Virus record (IMG/VR): IMGVR_UViG_3300025389_000049
Span: 1 to 36,772 of that record
Direction: 5' to 3' (one strand)
DNA: 36,772 bases
Source: a virus
Taxonomy: Duplodnaviria > Caudoviricetes
Shown: positions 24,171 through 33,192 of the stretch, in pieces
Layout: every line of letters starts with the position of its first letter
How positions within the stretch are numbered: position 1 is the first letter of the stretch
Notes under the pieces: model-generated
Databases searched by the model: none
Told to the model about the DNA's origin: nothing
Seen by the model: only the letters and a program-made list of their open reading frames with translations
Translations under genes and position numbers: made by a program

Positions 24171-24293
24171 AAACAGGTCGAGCCGTATACTGTTATCTTT
24201 ATACACACGAGATACTTCGACACCGTTCTCTACTACAGTGGTCATATTATCCCAGATGATGGTAGCACGATAGTTTAACTCTGGCTCGTTCAT
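24144..24293 (-). CDS. 49-aa hypothetical protein ending KQHFGVEE
   Basis: Hand-translated; ATGA overlaps at both ends. Confidence 0.7.
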   Translation of the reverse strand: MNEPELNYRATIIWDNMTTVVENGVEVSRVYKDNSIRLDLFKQHFGVEE

Positions 24294-24646
24294 TCTTCAA
24301 TTCCTTCTACTCGTTTGCCTTCTTTAAGTGTTCGCATCAATTGACGATTGCGTTCTTTTTGTTCAGCTGTGGCACGTTTTTCGTCATTAGAAAGTTTAAG
24401 CATCATATCGTATTCACGTGCCCATCGAACACCATGAAGCCAGGTTTCTAATCCTTCCACGCTACCTATATACAGTTCAGCATCGCGACTGTAGATTGGC
24501 AAAGCATCTGGATCTTTTGGCTTGAGACTCAAGGCTCCGTGATCTTCAGACCAATCACTATGTTTGCTCTTGGCGAACTTGAATCCAAGTTTATCAATTT
24601 CTACTTCAAGACGTCGAATTCGTTCAATTGTATTCCATCCTGCCAT
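24290..24646 (-). CDS. Hypothetical protein, paralog of 28688-29041
   Basis: Shared KPKD...LPIYSRDAE...WAREYDMML.LS...EQ.ERNRQL. Confidence 0.85.
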   Translation of the reverse strand: MAGWNTIERIRRLEVEIDKLGFKFAKSKHSDWSEDHGALSLKPKDPDALPIYSRDAELYIGSVEGLETWLHGVRWAREYDMMLKLSNDEKRATAEQKERNRQLMRTLKEGKRVEGIEE

Positions 24647-24675
24647 GATACATCTCTGCTAATTAAGATGTAATT

Positions 24676-24704
24676 ATTATACTATAACTTGCTCTTTGCG
24701 TCAA
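24676..24704 (-). promoter_or_regulatory. sigma70 promoter
   Basis: TTGACG-N17-TATAAT. Confidence 0.75.
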
Positions 24705-25011
24705 GCTCGTGCCCCCATTTGATCCACCAATAGGTATAGTTTTTGGGCGTAAGTTCTGCTCGAATTGAATAAGCATAACCAAGAGTATTGGGATCGGGAG
24801 CTCTATGCCAGCTAGGAGTTTGAACAGCATTATCCATTACCCATTTTCCCATTTCACTCGTTTGCCATTGCCAAAGTGGTTCACCTGCATATAGGTCTGG
24901 GTCTTCTACATCACCCATTCTAAATCTATGAACTACTACAGTCAATGGGCCGTGTTGCTCAATATGCTCCACAGTAGTAAAGTCTCCGTTTGGTAATGGC
25001 AATATAGTCAT
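24682..25011 (-). CDS. Hypothetical protein
   Basis: Coupled ORF; ends in TAG. Confidence 0.8.
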   Translation of the reverse strand: MTILPLPNGDFTTVEHIEQHGPLTVVVHRFRMGDVEDPDLYAGEPLWQWQTSEMGKWVMDNAVQTPSWHRAPDPNTLGYAYSIRAELTPKNYTYWWIKWGHELDAKSKL

Positions 25012-25820
25012 AAGGGCATATCAAATATAATCGGATCCTTACGTTCTACCTGTACTGGCTTTGGAGGCAAAGGTTGTGCTGTAATCAATTCGTTGGCTAT
25101 CTCACTACGCTGTTTAACATTCTTTTGTCCTAGCACAATGATACCATATTCCCTATGTTCTTTTTCAACTAGCATGACTACACAACGGCCTGCGGGATTG
25201 GTAAAGCCTGTCTTACTAATTAAAATGTTATCAAACTTAAAGATGCTAGGATTAGTATTGTGCAGTCTAACATGAATATATTTTTTACCTTTAGGTACAA
25301 AGATCTCTGCTGTCTTATCATCTGCATAGTTACGCAATGCTTGATTGCCTCTAATAGTTCCAATGAAACTAACTAGCTCTGAAGCTGTGCTTACATTGTT
25401 GCGACTTAGGCCTGTGGGCTCTTCGATGTATGTGTGTAGTAAGCCACGACCACGAATATAATCATTAGTATCTTCTATGAACTTGTTAAAGCCACCAGGA
25501 TACGTATTGGCCAGTGTTTCAGCCGCACGATTATCGCTAGAGATTAACATGGCCTGCATTAGATTATGTCTAGTAACCATCATGCCATTAGGGAAATGCC
25601 CTGAGCTCTTGCCTTGTACACGGACCTTTTCATCTAGTTCTACACCACTACGTAGGATTGTATTGGCTGTAAACAGTTTGCTGATACTGGCAATTGGACG
25701 TTGTTCATCTACATCATATGCAACTTGGTATTCACCGCGTTCGTAATCATACAAGGCAAAGCTACCTTGTTCAGCGTGTGCGGTTGCACAAAATAATAAG
25801 AGTAATAATAGTTTTTTCAT
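25008..25820 (-). CDS. Peptidase S11 D-Ala-D-Ala peptidase (PBP7/PbpG-like)
   Basis: Signal peptide; ASISK (SxxK), SDN (SxN), KTG motifs. Confidence 0.9.
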   Translation of the reverse strand: MKKLLLLLLFCATAHAEQGSFALYDYERGEYQVAYDVDEQRPIASISKLFTANTILRSGVELDEKVRVQGKSSGHFPNGMMVTRHNLMQAMLISSDNRAAETLANTYPGGFNKFIEDTNDYIRGRGLLHTYIEEPTGLSRNNVSTASELVSFIGTIRGNQALRNYADDKTAEIFVPKGKKYIHVRLHNTNPSIFKFDNILISKTGFTNPAGRCVVMLVEKEHREYGIIVLGQKNVKQRSEIANELITAQPLPPKPVQVERKDPIIFDMPL

Positions 25821-26110
25821 TCTGGCCACATCATCTTGTATATTGTGTGTAACTTTTCATCACGAAACATGAAGACAAATTGTCTATTAACACTGACTCC
25901 GCCTGATTGGAATGGCAACTCAGCACCAAACCATTTGCCAGCCCAAGCATCAGGATATAGTTGTGAATATCTAGGACCAAAGGTATCTCTACACCACATG
26001 GCACGCTCTCGGCATTCCATAACTGATAGATCAGTAATGTCATGTATCCAACCCTCTTGTTTGAGTTGCATAGCTAGTTGTATTTCTTCTCGTTCGTGTG
26101 TTATTGCCAT
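25817..26110 (-). CDS. Hypothetical protein
   Basis: WC..TFG...W...FRDE motif shared with neighbour. Confidence 0.75.
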   Translation of the reverse strand: MAITHEREEIQLAMQLKQEGWIHDITDLSVMECRERAMWCRDTFGPRYSQLYPDAWAGKWFGAELPFQSGGVSVNRQFVFMFRDEKLHTIYKMMWPE

Positions 26111-26111
26111 A

Positions 26112-26309
26112 TCATGTTCTCAATTCAAACCACATCCAATCTCGTTCATCTCTGAAATAGATTTTATTCCCATTGTAAAACCAACGAGTACCTGGATTTC
26201 CAAATGACTCTACTAGCCAATCATGTACAAGTGTACGATCATTAATTTCTACTACAGTATATTCGTGATCAAGTACTAGATCGTTATGTAGCGGCATCAT
26301 GTGCGGCAC
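26112..26309 (-). CDS. Hypothetical protein
   Basis: WL..SFG...RW...FRDE motif; start could be 26300. Confidence 0.75.
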   Translation of the reverse strand: MPHMMPLHNDLVLDHEYTVVEINDRTLVHDWLVESFGNPGTRWFYNGNKIYFRDERDWMWFELRT

Positions 26310-26668
26310 AACTCCAATAGTGTACAGTAATGCTGATAGGCTTTTTCCACAGCAGGATTGTTTAGTCTAACTACACGATCTCTTTCATATCTAGCCATTA
26401 GCTGGCGATCAGTTGTGTGTTTTTCTATTTCAGATTCTGCATATTTGATATAGTTGATAATAGTTTCTAATCTATCTTTGGGCATGAATATTTCTACGCA
26501 AGGCGCATCCTCTGCGTATACTTGTTGATATAGCACGTCGTCGGACATGGTAACATCCCATACATTTACCTGTGGTAATGTCGGTCGTCGTAGCCTACGC
26601 AATGTGCGATTGCTATCTCTAACATACATTTCCATTCGGTTGTAGAATTCTTGATTAGGATCTTTCAT
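26297..26668 (-). CDS. Hypothetical protein
   Basis: GGAG RBS supplied by the junction repeat. Confidence 0.8.
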   Translation of the reverse strand: MKDPNQEFYNRMEMYVRDSNRTLRRLRRPTLPQVNVWDVTMSDDVLYQQVYAEDAPCVEIFMPKDRLETIINYIKYAESEIEKHTTDRQLMARYERDRVVRLNNPAVEKAYQHYCTLLELCRT

Positions 26669-26919
26669 TCTTCAACTCCGTAAGATTCTTTAATGGCGTC
26701 AATCATTTTTTCACAAGCACGGTCATACCCAATAACATAATGTGTATCAGTTGCTGGTTTTCCTCTAACCTCAAAGGCAATGTCTAAACAGTCTCTGACA
26801 ATCAACTCGGCGAACTTGTTGAATGTTTCTTCGGTGCTGACAAAGTAGTTGATACCATTACCAAACTCAGCAGATCCTACTTGTGCCTTTTGAGCAAGTT
26901 CCCTAATCCGTTCATTCAT
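26665..26919 (-). CDS. MNERI/KFAELIV family hypothetical protein
   Basis: MNERI...KFAELIVRD...YGVEE. Confidence 0.85.
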   Translation of the reverse strand: MNERIRELAQKAQVGSAEFGNGINYFVSTEETFNKFAELIVRDCLDIAFEVRGKPATDTHYVIGYDRACEKMIDAIKESYGVEE

Positions 26920-26922
26920 TCT

Positions 26923-27165
26923 TCAACTCCTGGGAAATCTTGTAAACCCATAGTTTTTCAAAACTTCTCGGGTAACATCAATCTCTGGATCAATGCCTTG
27001 TGTTTGATATGCCTTTGTTAGACGACTAAATTCAGCAACTTGGTCTAATGTATCACGCACAATCAACTCGGCAAACTTTACAGGATCCAACTCACCTGCC
27101 ACGTAGTCGCCATTGCCTTCTAAAATGGTTGCTTGGTCATATAGTTTTGCGATTCGTTCGTTCAT
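26923..27165 (-). CDS. MNERI/KFAELIV family hypothetical protein
   Basis: AGGAG RBS; MNERI...KFAELIVRD; GVEE tail now out of frame. Confidence 0.85.
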   Translation of the reverse strand: MNERIAKLYDQATILEGNGDYVAGELDPVKFAELIVRDTLDQVAEFSRLTKAYQTQGIDPEIDVTREVLKNYGFTRFPRS

Positions 27166-27195
27166 GTTGAACTCCTGTTTTGTTACTATGACTAT

Positions 27196-27224
27196 AGTAT
27201 AGCACCAAATTCATTTATTGTCAA
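27196..27224 (-). promoter_or_regulatory. sigma70 promoter
   Basis: TTGACA-N17-TATACT. Confidence 0.8.
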
Positions 27225-27243
27225 GTATTTGGCATAAATAATT

Positions 27244-27399
27244 GTGTCATGTCCACATTGTAATGCTACTGGTGGCAAATCAGCGATGGTTCGTTGGCAC
27301 TTTGATAACTGTAAATCACTTATCGTCACGGAAACGGACAAATCGAGGGAAACGCAAACTGTATGTACCGTCTTGGTTCTGTGTGATAACGTCACATAA
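27244..27399 (+). pseudogene. Isolated CCHC zinc-finger ORF or homing-endonuclease C-terminal remnant
   Basis: Hand-translated VSCPHCNATGGKSAMVRWHFDNCK (C-x2-C-x12-H-x3-C); TAAATA 27235-27240. Confidence 0.6.
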
Positions 27400-28662
27400 G
27401 ATTTCAGCAGTACGACCAATAATCAAATTGCTATTAGCCCAGTATTCATCACGGTCACCATCACTAAAGCCGCTACCAACATTGACTGTAATTTCTTTAC
27501 CATCATCAACACCATTACATACCAATGCACCAAGACGACCTTGATTGCGTCCTGTACCTTCTTCAATACCAATAACTTCTAAGTCAACGGTAATAGTTGG
27601 CTTCCACTTCATCCAAAATGTATTACGCTTACATTCATAAGGCGCACTTACATCTTTAATCATAATGCCTTCAAACCCTGCGTTAACTTGATCTTTAGCA
27701 TAACGCATTAATTGATCCTTGCCTTCATATGTGTCAAGGTTGACCATGAGATGTGGCAACAGTTCAACATTGGGTAGTGTATCAGTCACACTACGAATTG
27801 ATTCTAAGATATCAATACGCTTACTCAATTGTGCGTTCCAATAACCTCGACGGAAGTCACTCAACGGAATAATATCAAACACATTGAATACGCTGTCACT
27901 AGCCTGTACATTTTCTTTGCGGCGAGCCTGACGCATAAGTTCTTGGAATGTGTTGCCAATCACTTCACCATCAAGTACAAAGCCTTCAGTTAAGAATCGA
28001 CCTTGATCAGCCTTGTATGCCGCACGACACAACTTTGTAAATGAAGATTGAATTTGTTCTTCAATGTGACTAAAGTTTTCAAACACTTTACCATTACGGC
28101 TATAGCAAACAGTAGTGATACCAAAGTCACTGGGAATAACCATAAGCAACACACGCACACCATCTAGTTTAGGTTCTAGACGTTTAATGCCCTTCATCTC
28201 AGGGCGACCTTCGCTATTAGTTGCAAGTTGGCAACCAAATACAGGAATCTCGTAATCAGTCTTTTTACAGATTTTGTTAATGGTCTTGTCACTAATACCC
28301 GCACGTAAGTCACGGCGAATAACAGGAGCACAAAAATTATTCCACTCATCACTATCAAATCGTTCAGCCATTTCCTGAATAGCATCACGTGCCGCATGAC
28401 CAGTTAACCCACGTTGACCTAACTCATTCAACAGTTGATTAAAATCATCCCAGGGATTTTCTGCATCGGTAATGCCAATAGTATCAGGGACTTGACGAAC
28501 ACCAAACGTGACATATGGGTTATAGCAAACCTTGGTAAGCGTTAGAAAATTAATAGCATTATTGCTACCAAGGACACTTGCCTCAAGCGCCTGACGAATA
28601 ACATCTTCCTTGTGTAGACGGCTGTCACTCTCGTTTAATTTATTGATCCAACTTGCACTCAT
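27316..28662 (-). CDS. ATP-dependent DNA ligase
   Basis: EPKLDGVR (motif I), LDGEV, VFDII, EGIMIK, WMKWK, LRFPRF. Confidence 0.95.
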   Translation of the reverse strand: MSASWINKLNESDSRLHKEDVIRQALEASVLGSNNAINFLTLTKVCYNPYVTFGVRQVPDTIGITDAENPWDDFNQLLNELGQRGLTGHAARDAIQEMAERFDSDEWNNFCAPVIRRDLRAGISDKTINKICKKTDYEIPVFGCQLATNSEGRPEMKGIKRLEPKLDGVRVLLMVIPSDFGITTVCYSRNGKVFENFSHIEEQIQSSFTKLCRAAYKADQGRFLTEGFVLDGEVIGNTFQELMRQARRKENVQASDSVFNVFDIIPLSDFRRGYWNAQLSKRIDILESIRSVTDTLPNVELLPHLMVNLDTYEGKDQLMRYAKDQVNAGFEGIMIKDVSAPYECKRNTFWMKWKPTITVDLEVIGIEEGTGRNQGRLGALVCNGVDDGKEITVNVGSGFSDGDRDEYWANSNLIIGRTAEILCDVITQNQDGTYSLRFPRFVRFRDDK

Positions 28663-28728
28663 TCCATATCCCTTACTTTTTCGTTCTTTAAAATTCCATA
28701 TCCCTTACTTTTTCGTTCTTTAAAATTC
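28661..28728. repeat. Exact 32-bp tandem duplication
   Basis: ATTCCATATCCCTTACTTTTTCGTTCTTTAAA x2 plus ATTC. Confidence 0.95.
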
Positions 28729-29041
28729 TTACCAATTGACGATTGCGTTCATCTTGCTCTTTGCGTTGTCGTTTTTTATCGTCACTTAATCTTAGCATCA
28801 TATCATATTCACGGGCCCAGGATACACCACGAATCCATGTTTGAAGTTGTTCTAGTGTGCCTACGAACACTTCAGCATCACGACTGTAAATAGGCAAACT
28901 GTCTTGATCCTTGGGTTTGATTGCAACTCGATCACCGTTCGATTCCCAATTTCCATTTTTAGGTGCGCAAAGCATAAAGCCAAGTTCGTCTATGGCTTTT
29001 TCAAGCCTACGAAATTCTAATACTGCATCATAGCCTGCCAT
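28688..29041 (-). CDS. Hypothetical protein, paralog of 24290-24646
   Basis: Shared motifs; AGGA RBS. Confidence 0.85.
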   Translation of the reverse strand: MAGYDAVLEFRRLEKAIDELGFMLCAPKNGNWESNGDRVAIKPKDQDSLPIYSRDAEVFVGTLEQLQTWIRGVSWAREYDMMLRLSDDKKRQRKEQDERNRQLVRILKNEKVRDMEF

Positions 29042-29053
29042 TATATAATCCTA

Positions 29054-29179
29054 TTACCGTGTTTGTTCAATAGTAACTTCTTTAAGTTTGTCTACACCTT
29101 TGTCTGCCATTTTAGCGATACCGCTAAAACCTACAGTAGCAACAATAATACCTACAATAACGCCTGTCAAGAAATTCAT
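29054..29179 (-). CDS. 41-aa single-TM micro-protein (MNFLTGVIVGIIVATVGFSGIAK...)
   Basis: Hand-translated; ATGA overlap; AAGGTG RBS. Confidence 0.7.
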   Translation of the reverse strand: MNFLTGVIVGIIVATVGFSGIAKMADKGVDKLKEVTIEQTR

Positions 29180-29832
29180 ACAATCACCTTTACACGATTA
29201 AGTTGGGTGCTGTTGTCACGATGTGCTTTAACAGTACCGTAAATATCAAACATCTTACCTACAGGCAGTTCTTCCTTGTACGCAAAAAACACAACCTGAT
29301 CATCACTATTAATACCAGTGATATAATTTGTATTCCACTTCATTGAGTACACGGACTTGAGTACTTCAATTGCAGTAGACACCTTGTCATTTACCTTGCC
29401 AATAAACCCACCGGTAGCAAACGCAACTCGTTGTTCTACCGTTTGGCGCTTGATGCCACGATCATATACTGAAGGCAAACTTGCGATAACTGCAATGTCA
29501 TAGGCACTATCAATTGTGTCTCTGTTTGCAAGTAACATTGAGGTGTTATCAAACTCACTCAAACGAATACCCTTAAGTACTTTGAAGGTATAGCCCTGAA
29601 AGAAACTACGAACCTTAAGACCTTGTTCACGATCATCGTCGGTGATACATGTAGTATCAGCCAACAGTTCCTGAACAATCATACGATTGGACTTTTTAGT
29701 CAGGTCGGGATCGGAATCAGAAATAACACTCAGTTTAACATAACTGCCATTGATACGCTGTGCGGCTACTGCCGCGGCCCAAACATCATCGGCGTTGTGA
29801 TTAAGAGGGATAGGTTTTTGATAGCGAGCCAT
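29176..29832 (-). CDS. Hypothetical protein, possible C-terminal OB-fold
   Basis: GTVKAH....TQLNRVK terminal pattern; GAGGA RBS. Confidence 0.75.
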   Translation of the reverse strand: MARYQKPIPLNHNADDVWAAAVAAQRINGSYVKLSVISDSDPDLTKKSNRMIVQELLADTTCITDDDREQGLKVRSFFQGYTFKVLKGIRLSEFDNTSMLLANRDTIDSAYDIAVIASLPSVYDRGIKRQTVEQRVAFATGGFIGKVNDKVSTAIEVLKSVYSMKWNTNYITGINSDDQVVFFAYKEELPVGKMFDIYGTVKAHRDNSTQLNRVKVIV

Positions 29833-29841
29833 GATTAATCC

Positions 29842-30060
29842 TCAAACAAAATCAAAAGCAAACTCGGGAAGTTCAGGGGCATTTATAGGACCACTGACTT
29901 GAACCTTACCAAGACCATAATCTTTGCTCAGTTTGTGAAACACCTTGCGTGCCTCAGCCTCTGAACACTCAACAAAAAGAGTACCGCAAGTAAAACTTGC
30001 ACGGTTGTCATCTTTAAGAACCTTAGCAACTTTGTCTAAAACGATCTTTTCGAAAGCCAT
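29842..30060 (-). CDS. Hypothetical protein
   Basis: AAAGGAG RBS; first gene after promoter. Confidence 0.8.
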   Translation of the reverse strand: MAFEKIVLDKVAKVLKDDNRASFTCGTLFVECSEAEARKVFHKLSKDYGLGKVQVSGPINAPELPEFAFDFV

Positions 30061-30093
30061 TGTGTACTCCTTTAATCAACTGTCTAAGATTCT

Positions 30094-30122
30094 ATTGTAC
30101 ATGAAACCCGAATTAAAGTCAA
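30094..30122 (-). promoter_or_regulatory. sigma70 promoter
   Basis: TTGACT-N17-TACAAT. Confidence 0.7.
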
Positions 30123-30703
30123 GCTATTTTTTGATAGGCCTCTAGATAGGGAGCAAGTCTAAGTTGTTGATTTGCAACGGATTTTTTGTGATATTCTAAT
30201 AATCCTGCAGGAATTGGTTCTTGGGTTATATCAGATATTTGACTTAATACTGTTTCTGGATTATTTAAAATATCTTCCAGTTTAATAATATATTTAGGAC
30301 CATTATATCCTTCAATTTGTCTCATTAATGATTCTTCACTACCATTAAATAAATCATATCTCCCGATAATATAATTCATACTATTATATACGTGTTTAGC
30401 CCAACTTTCAGGAGTAATGTCTTCTGGTTTATTGCATTCTTCAGTGCCACTATAGTGAACGATAAACCCATCCCATATATCTTTATTACCAGAACTATGT
30501 GCATCTGATACTATTTCAAGAAAATGGCTAGTCATTACATGTGGAAATAAATCATATCCATATGTAACCAATACTGCATTTTTAATTCTATCTACGTTTG
30601 GTGTAATAGCATTATCACAACTAAAACCAAATTCCCAAAATAAAGTTTGTATTAGGGGACTACTTGATCCTGATCGTGCTATAACATTATAAATTGCTGC
30701 CAT
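30119..30703 (-). CDS. Sulfotransferase-like (P-loop fold) protein
   Basis: N-terminal RSGSS and IKLEDILNNP...L..I patterns. Confidence 0.5.
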   Translation of the reverse strand: MAAIYNVIARSGSSSPLIQTLFWEFGFSCDNAITPNVDRIKNAVLVTYGYDLFPHVMTSHFLEIVSDAHSSGNKDIWDGFIVHYSGTEECNKPEDITPESWAKHVYNSMNYIIGRYDLFNGSEESLMRQIEGYNGPKYIIKLEDILNNPETVLSQISDITQEPIPAGLLEYHKKSVANQQLRLAPYLEAYQKIA

Positions 30704-30876
30704 TAATCTTCTTCCTTTGCATCTTCGATGTATCTATCAATTTTTTTAGCCTGATGATTGCACAATGAGGCTACAGTTTTAAGTGTCTTGCTAACATCCT
30801 CAGGTGTACCATTGGCAATACGCTCAAGTGCATTATTGATTTGATTAATCAATGTGTTCAATTCATTGGTGTTCAT
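30703..30876 (-). CDS. 57-aa helical hypothetical protein (MNTNELNTLINQ...)
   Basis: Hand-translated; GAGGA RBS; overlaps neighbours at both ends. Confidence 0.7.
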   Translation of the reverse strand: MNTNELNTLINQINNALERIANGTPEDVSKTLKTVASLCNHQAKKIDRYIEDAKEED

Positions 30877-31061
30877 GCATAATCCTCGTTATAAGGCACA
30901 GGCTCTTCCTGATCATATACCTCATAGTCCATGTCTTCACGATTGAGAATGGAAAAAACTTCAATCACAGGAACATTTAACATGGTTGCAATACTATAAG
31001 GGTTGTAACCTTCGCTGGCCAACTCCATTACTTCAACATCACGACTAGCATAAAATCCCAT
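30873..31061 (-). CDS. Small HTH-like protein
   Basis: EL..EGY....IATMLNVP...V pattern; AGGAG RBS. Confidence 0.7.
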   Translation of the reverse strand: MGFYASRDVEVMELASEGYNPYSIATMLNVPVIEVFSILNREDMDYEVYDQEEPVPYNEDYA

Positions 31062-31091
31062 AAATATTCTCCTATAATTAACAATATATAA

Positions 31092-31120
31092 AGTATACTA
31101 TATTGCGTTATGTTTGTCAA
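31092..31120 (-). promoter_or_regulatory. sigma70 promoter
   Basis: TTGACA-N17-TATACT. Confidence 0.8.
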
Positions 31121-31123
31121 GCC

Positions 31124-31324
31124 TTAAACATCATCTGGGCTAGCAGTAAATTCTAATCTAGCCATTTTACCTAAGTAGACCTTAGACTTAATATTGTAAG
31201 TCATTTCAATCACTTGCCCTGTTGGAAACCTAACCCAAATCTTGTTTGTTTCTATATCAACAATTGGGCAATTAATTCCCTTACCAGCCTCACTCTTAAC
31301 AGTAATCATTTCACCTTTACGCAT
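31124..31324 (-). CDS. Hypothetical protein
   Basis: GGGAG RBS. Confidence 0.75.
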   Translation of the reverse strand: MRKGEMITVKSEAGKGINCPIVDIETNKIWVRFPTGQVIEMTYNIKSKVYLGKMARLEFTASPDDV

Positions 31325-31325
31325 A

Positions 31326-32711
31326 TTAACTCCCTGTAAACCAATGTTTAATAATAGCCTCTGCAGGCTTGCCTCTTACACTTGCACTTATATTTGGAAA
31401 CCCTTCGTAATTTGGAACAATTGTATCACTTAACCAATATCCACCAAGATCAACTCCAAAAACTGTGAATAGTGTTTGTTGAAATACTGTTCGCAATATA
31501 CCTTCATCACCTATTGCTTGTGCTGAAAAATCTGTAACATATGTCAACTCTACACAACTAGAGGTTGTTGCACCTGTCGTCAACACACTTGTTCCAGTTC
31601 CAATACTTGCATTAGCAGTAGACGAATTACAAAAGCCATCTTCTTCCCAACCATTTAACCAGTATGTATTAGTACTTTGTACTCCAGCATTAAACATTAT
31701 AGGTACTTGCTTAGTTGAAGGGCCATTGGGACCACAATTGATTGATCCAGTACTAGCACCTAAACAATGATATGCACTATAAAAATCATTCAATTGTTTG
31801 GTCATATAACTTTGCACAATTTCTGGTGAAAGATTTGCGTTATCACTTGCGCTAAATCCACCACCCATAAAACTAAATAGAATCACATCGATTTTATCAA
31901 TGATACGTGGATCACTCCATGGTCTACCTTCTTGTCCGTATACTAGTGTTCCAGAAAAATTCTGTCTTACATGGTCAATGGTTGAACTTAAACTGTTTGC
32001 ATAAATTTCGTGTAATACAGGATCATTAAGATTGTTTATAGTATACGCACTCCAATCAATCATCATGCCTTTCATTCCAACACTTTGTGAAAATTTTGCC
32101 ATTTCAATTGCTTGAGTATCCCAGCCATTCATAATCTTTGTTAATGTTGCCTGATCAACTTTTCCATTAATAGGTGAAACAACATTTCCATTGCTGTCAG
32201 TTGGTTGTATCTGAAATGAATAATAGACATCGATGTTTCTTTGTTTTGCTTGTTGCACAAACCATTGAACCATGTATTCAGGAATAGCATATTTACTGAT
32301 AGTTAAATTAGTTGCGTATGCACTATCCCAATATCCATAATTTGTAAACCACGTAAATGTAACACCATCTTGCTTTAATTTGTCTAATGCTTGTGTATAC
32401 ATCAACTCTGCATATTGGTCTTCTGTACAGTTATGTATTTTATTGGCACCTGTTGTTTGATCATTGTAATATACCCAATAAGGGCTGTAGTCTTTTAAAT
32501 CAATTGATTTTTGCCAACTGTTTGGAAGTACTCCGTTTGCGGTTGGTATTGCATGTGCACCTAAATATGAACTTGGGTATGTTGCTGTGTAATCAACGTA
32601 GCAATTTTGGGTTACAGGAGTTACAGGAGTAGTTGAACTTTGTGAACTACCACCACCGCCCCCACATGCTGTTAAAAATAATGCAGAAGCCAATACCAAA
32701 TATTTGAACAT
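31326..32711 (-). CDS. Lipoprotein with possible glycoside-hydrolase-like TIM barrel
   Basis: LTAC lipobox plus Gly/Ser linker; alternating beta/alpha pattern, aromatic-rich; family not certain. Confidence 0.55.
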   Translation of the reverse strand: MFKYLVLASALFLTACGGGGGSSQSSTTPVTPVTQNCYVDYTATYPSSYLGAHAIPTANGVLPNSWQKSIDLKDYSPYWVYYNDQTTGANKIHNCTEDQYAELMYTQALDKLKQDGVTFTWFTNYGYWDSAYATNLTISKYAIPEYMVQWFVQQAKQRNIDVYYSFQIQPTDSNGNVVSPINGKVDQATLTKIMNGWDTQAIEMAKFSQSVGMKGMMIDWSAYTINNLNDPVLHEIYANSLSSTIDHVRQNFSGTLVYGQEGRPWSDPRIIDKIDVILFSFMGGGFSASDNANLSPEIVQSYMTKQLNDFYSAYHCLGASTGSINCGPNGPSTKQVPIMFNAGVQSTNTYWLNGWEEDGFCNSSTANASIGTGTSVLTTGATTSSCVELTYVTDFSAQAIGDEGILRTVFQQTLFTVFGVDLGGYWLSDTIVPNYEGFPNISASVRGKPAEAIIKHWFTGS

Positions 32712-32774
32712 GATAAATCTTTAAAAGTATTACACAATCGATATAGTAGCACTTTTTAGATTAAAATGCAAATG

Positions 32775-32799
32775 GAAAACGCCCAATTTGGGCGTTTTC
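32775..32799. terminator. Rho-independent terminator (symmetric)
   Basis: GAAAACGCCC-aattt-GGGCGTTTTC. Confidence 0.8.
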
Positions 32800-32816
32800 G
32801 TTTAAGTAAGTAAAAA

Positions 32817-33098
32817 TTACTTTTTAGATGACTGAGTTGTTTGGTTTACAAACTCATACATTTTCTGAGCGGTTTCAAGAACCTTTTCAAGACCCGGGAA
32901 CTCGGGCATACCAACCGTAGTAACATATTGACCAGTCTTCTCGTCACGTTTTGCTGTTAGTTCCCATCCAGCAAACTTAGTTGAATATTCTTGCTGTACC
33001 ATATCCTTAGCCATTGCTAAAATGTCAGCACGAATCTCGTAGCCATTTTTGTTAAACTTTACTTCTGGCACTTTTGGTGCCCAATCTTTATCGCTCAT
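32817..33098 (-). CDS. KNGYEIR family protein, paralog of 1945-2211
   Basis: Start moved to MSDKDW after AAGGA RBS. Confidence 0.9.
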   Translation of the reverse strand: MSDKDWAPKVPEVKFNKNGYEIRADILAMAKDMVQQEYSTKFAGWELTAKRDEKTGQYVTTVGMPEFPGLEKVLETAQKMYEFVNQTTQSSKK

Positions 33099-33099
33099 T

Positions 33100-33192
33100 T
33101 TACTTCCTTTTATAAGTATTGTACTCGTCAACCATAACAAGTGCCATTGGCACAACGATATTAGTAACGCATAGTAAGCCAAGAACAGCCAT
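33100..33192 (-). CDS. 30-aa hydrophobic micro-protein (MAVLGLLCVTNIVVPMALVMV...)
   Basis: GAGGAG RBS; abuts both neighbours. Confidence 0.6.
   Translation of the reverse strand: MAVLGLLCVTNIVVPMALVMVDEYNTYKRK

Noticed and set aside
27242-27544. Track ORF 27242-27544 (+)
   Set aside because: Mostly antisense to ligase; the meaningful zinc-finger motif is in a different frame (27244-27399)
29158-29171. CTTGACAGGCGTT resembling the 34332-34344 promoter region
   Set aside because: Lies inside a coding region and lacks the GTCAAC box at 17 nt; probably chance
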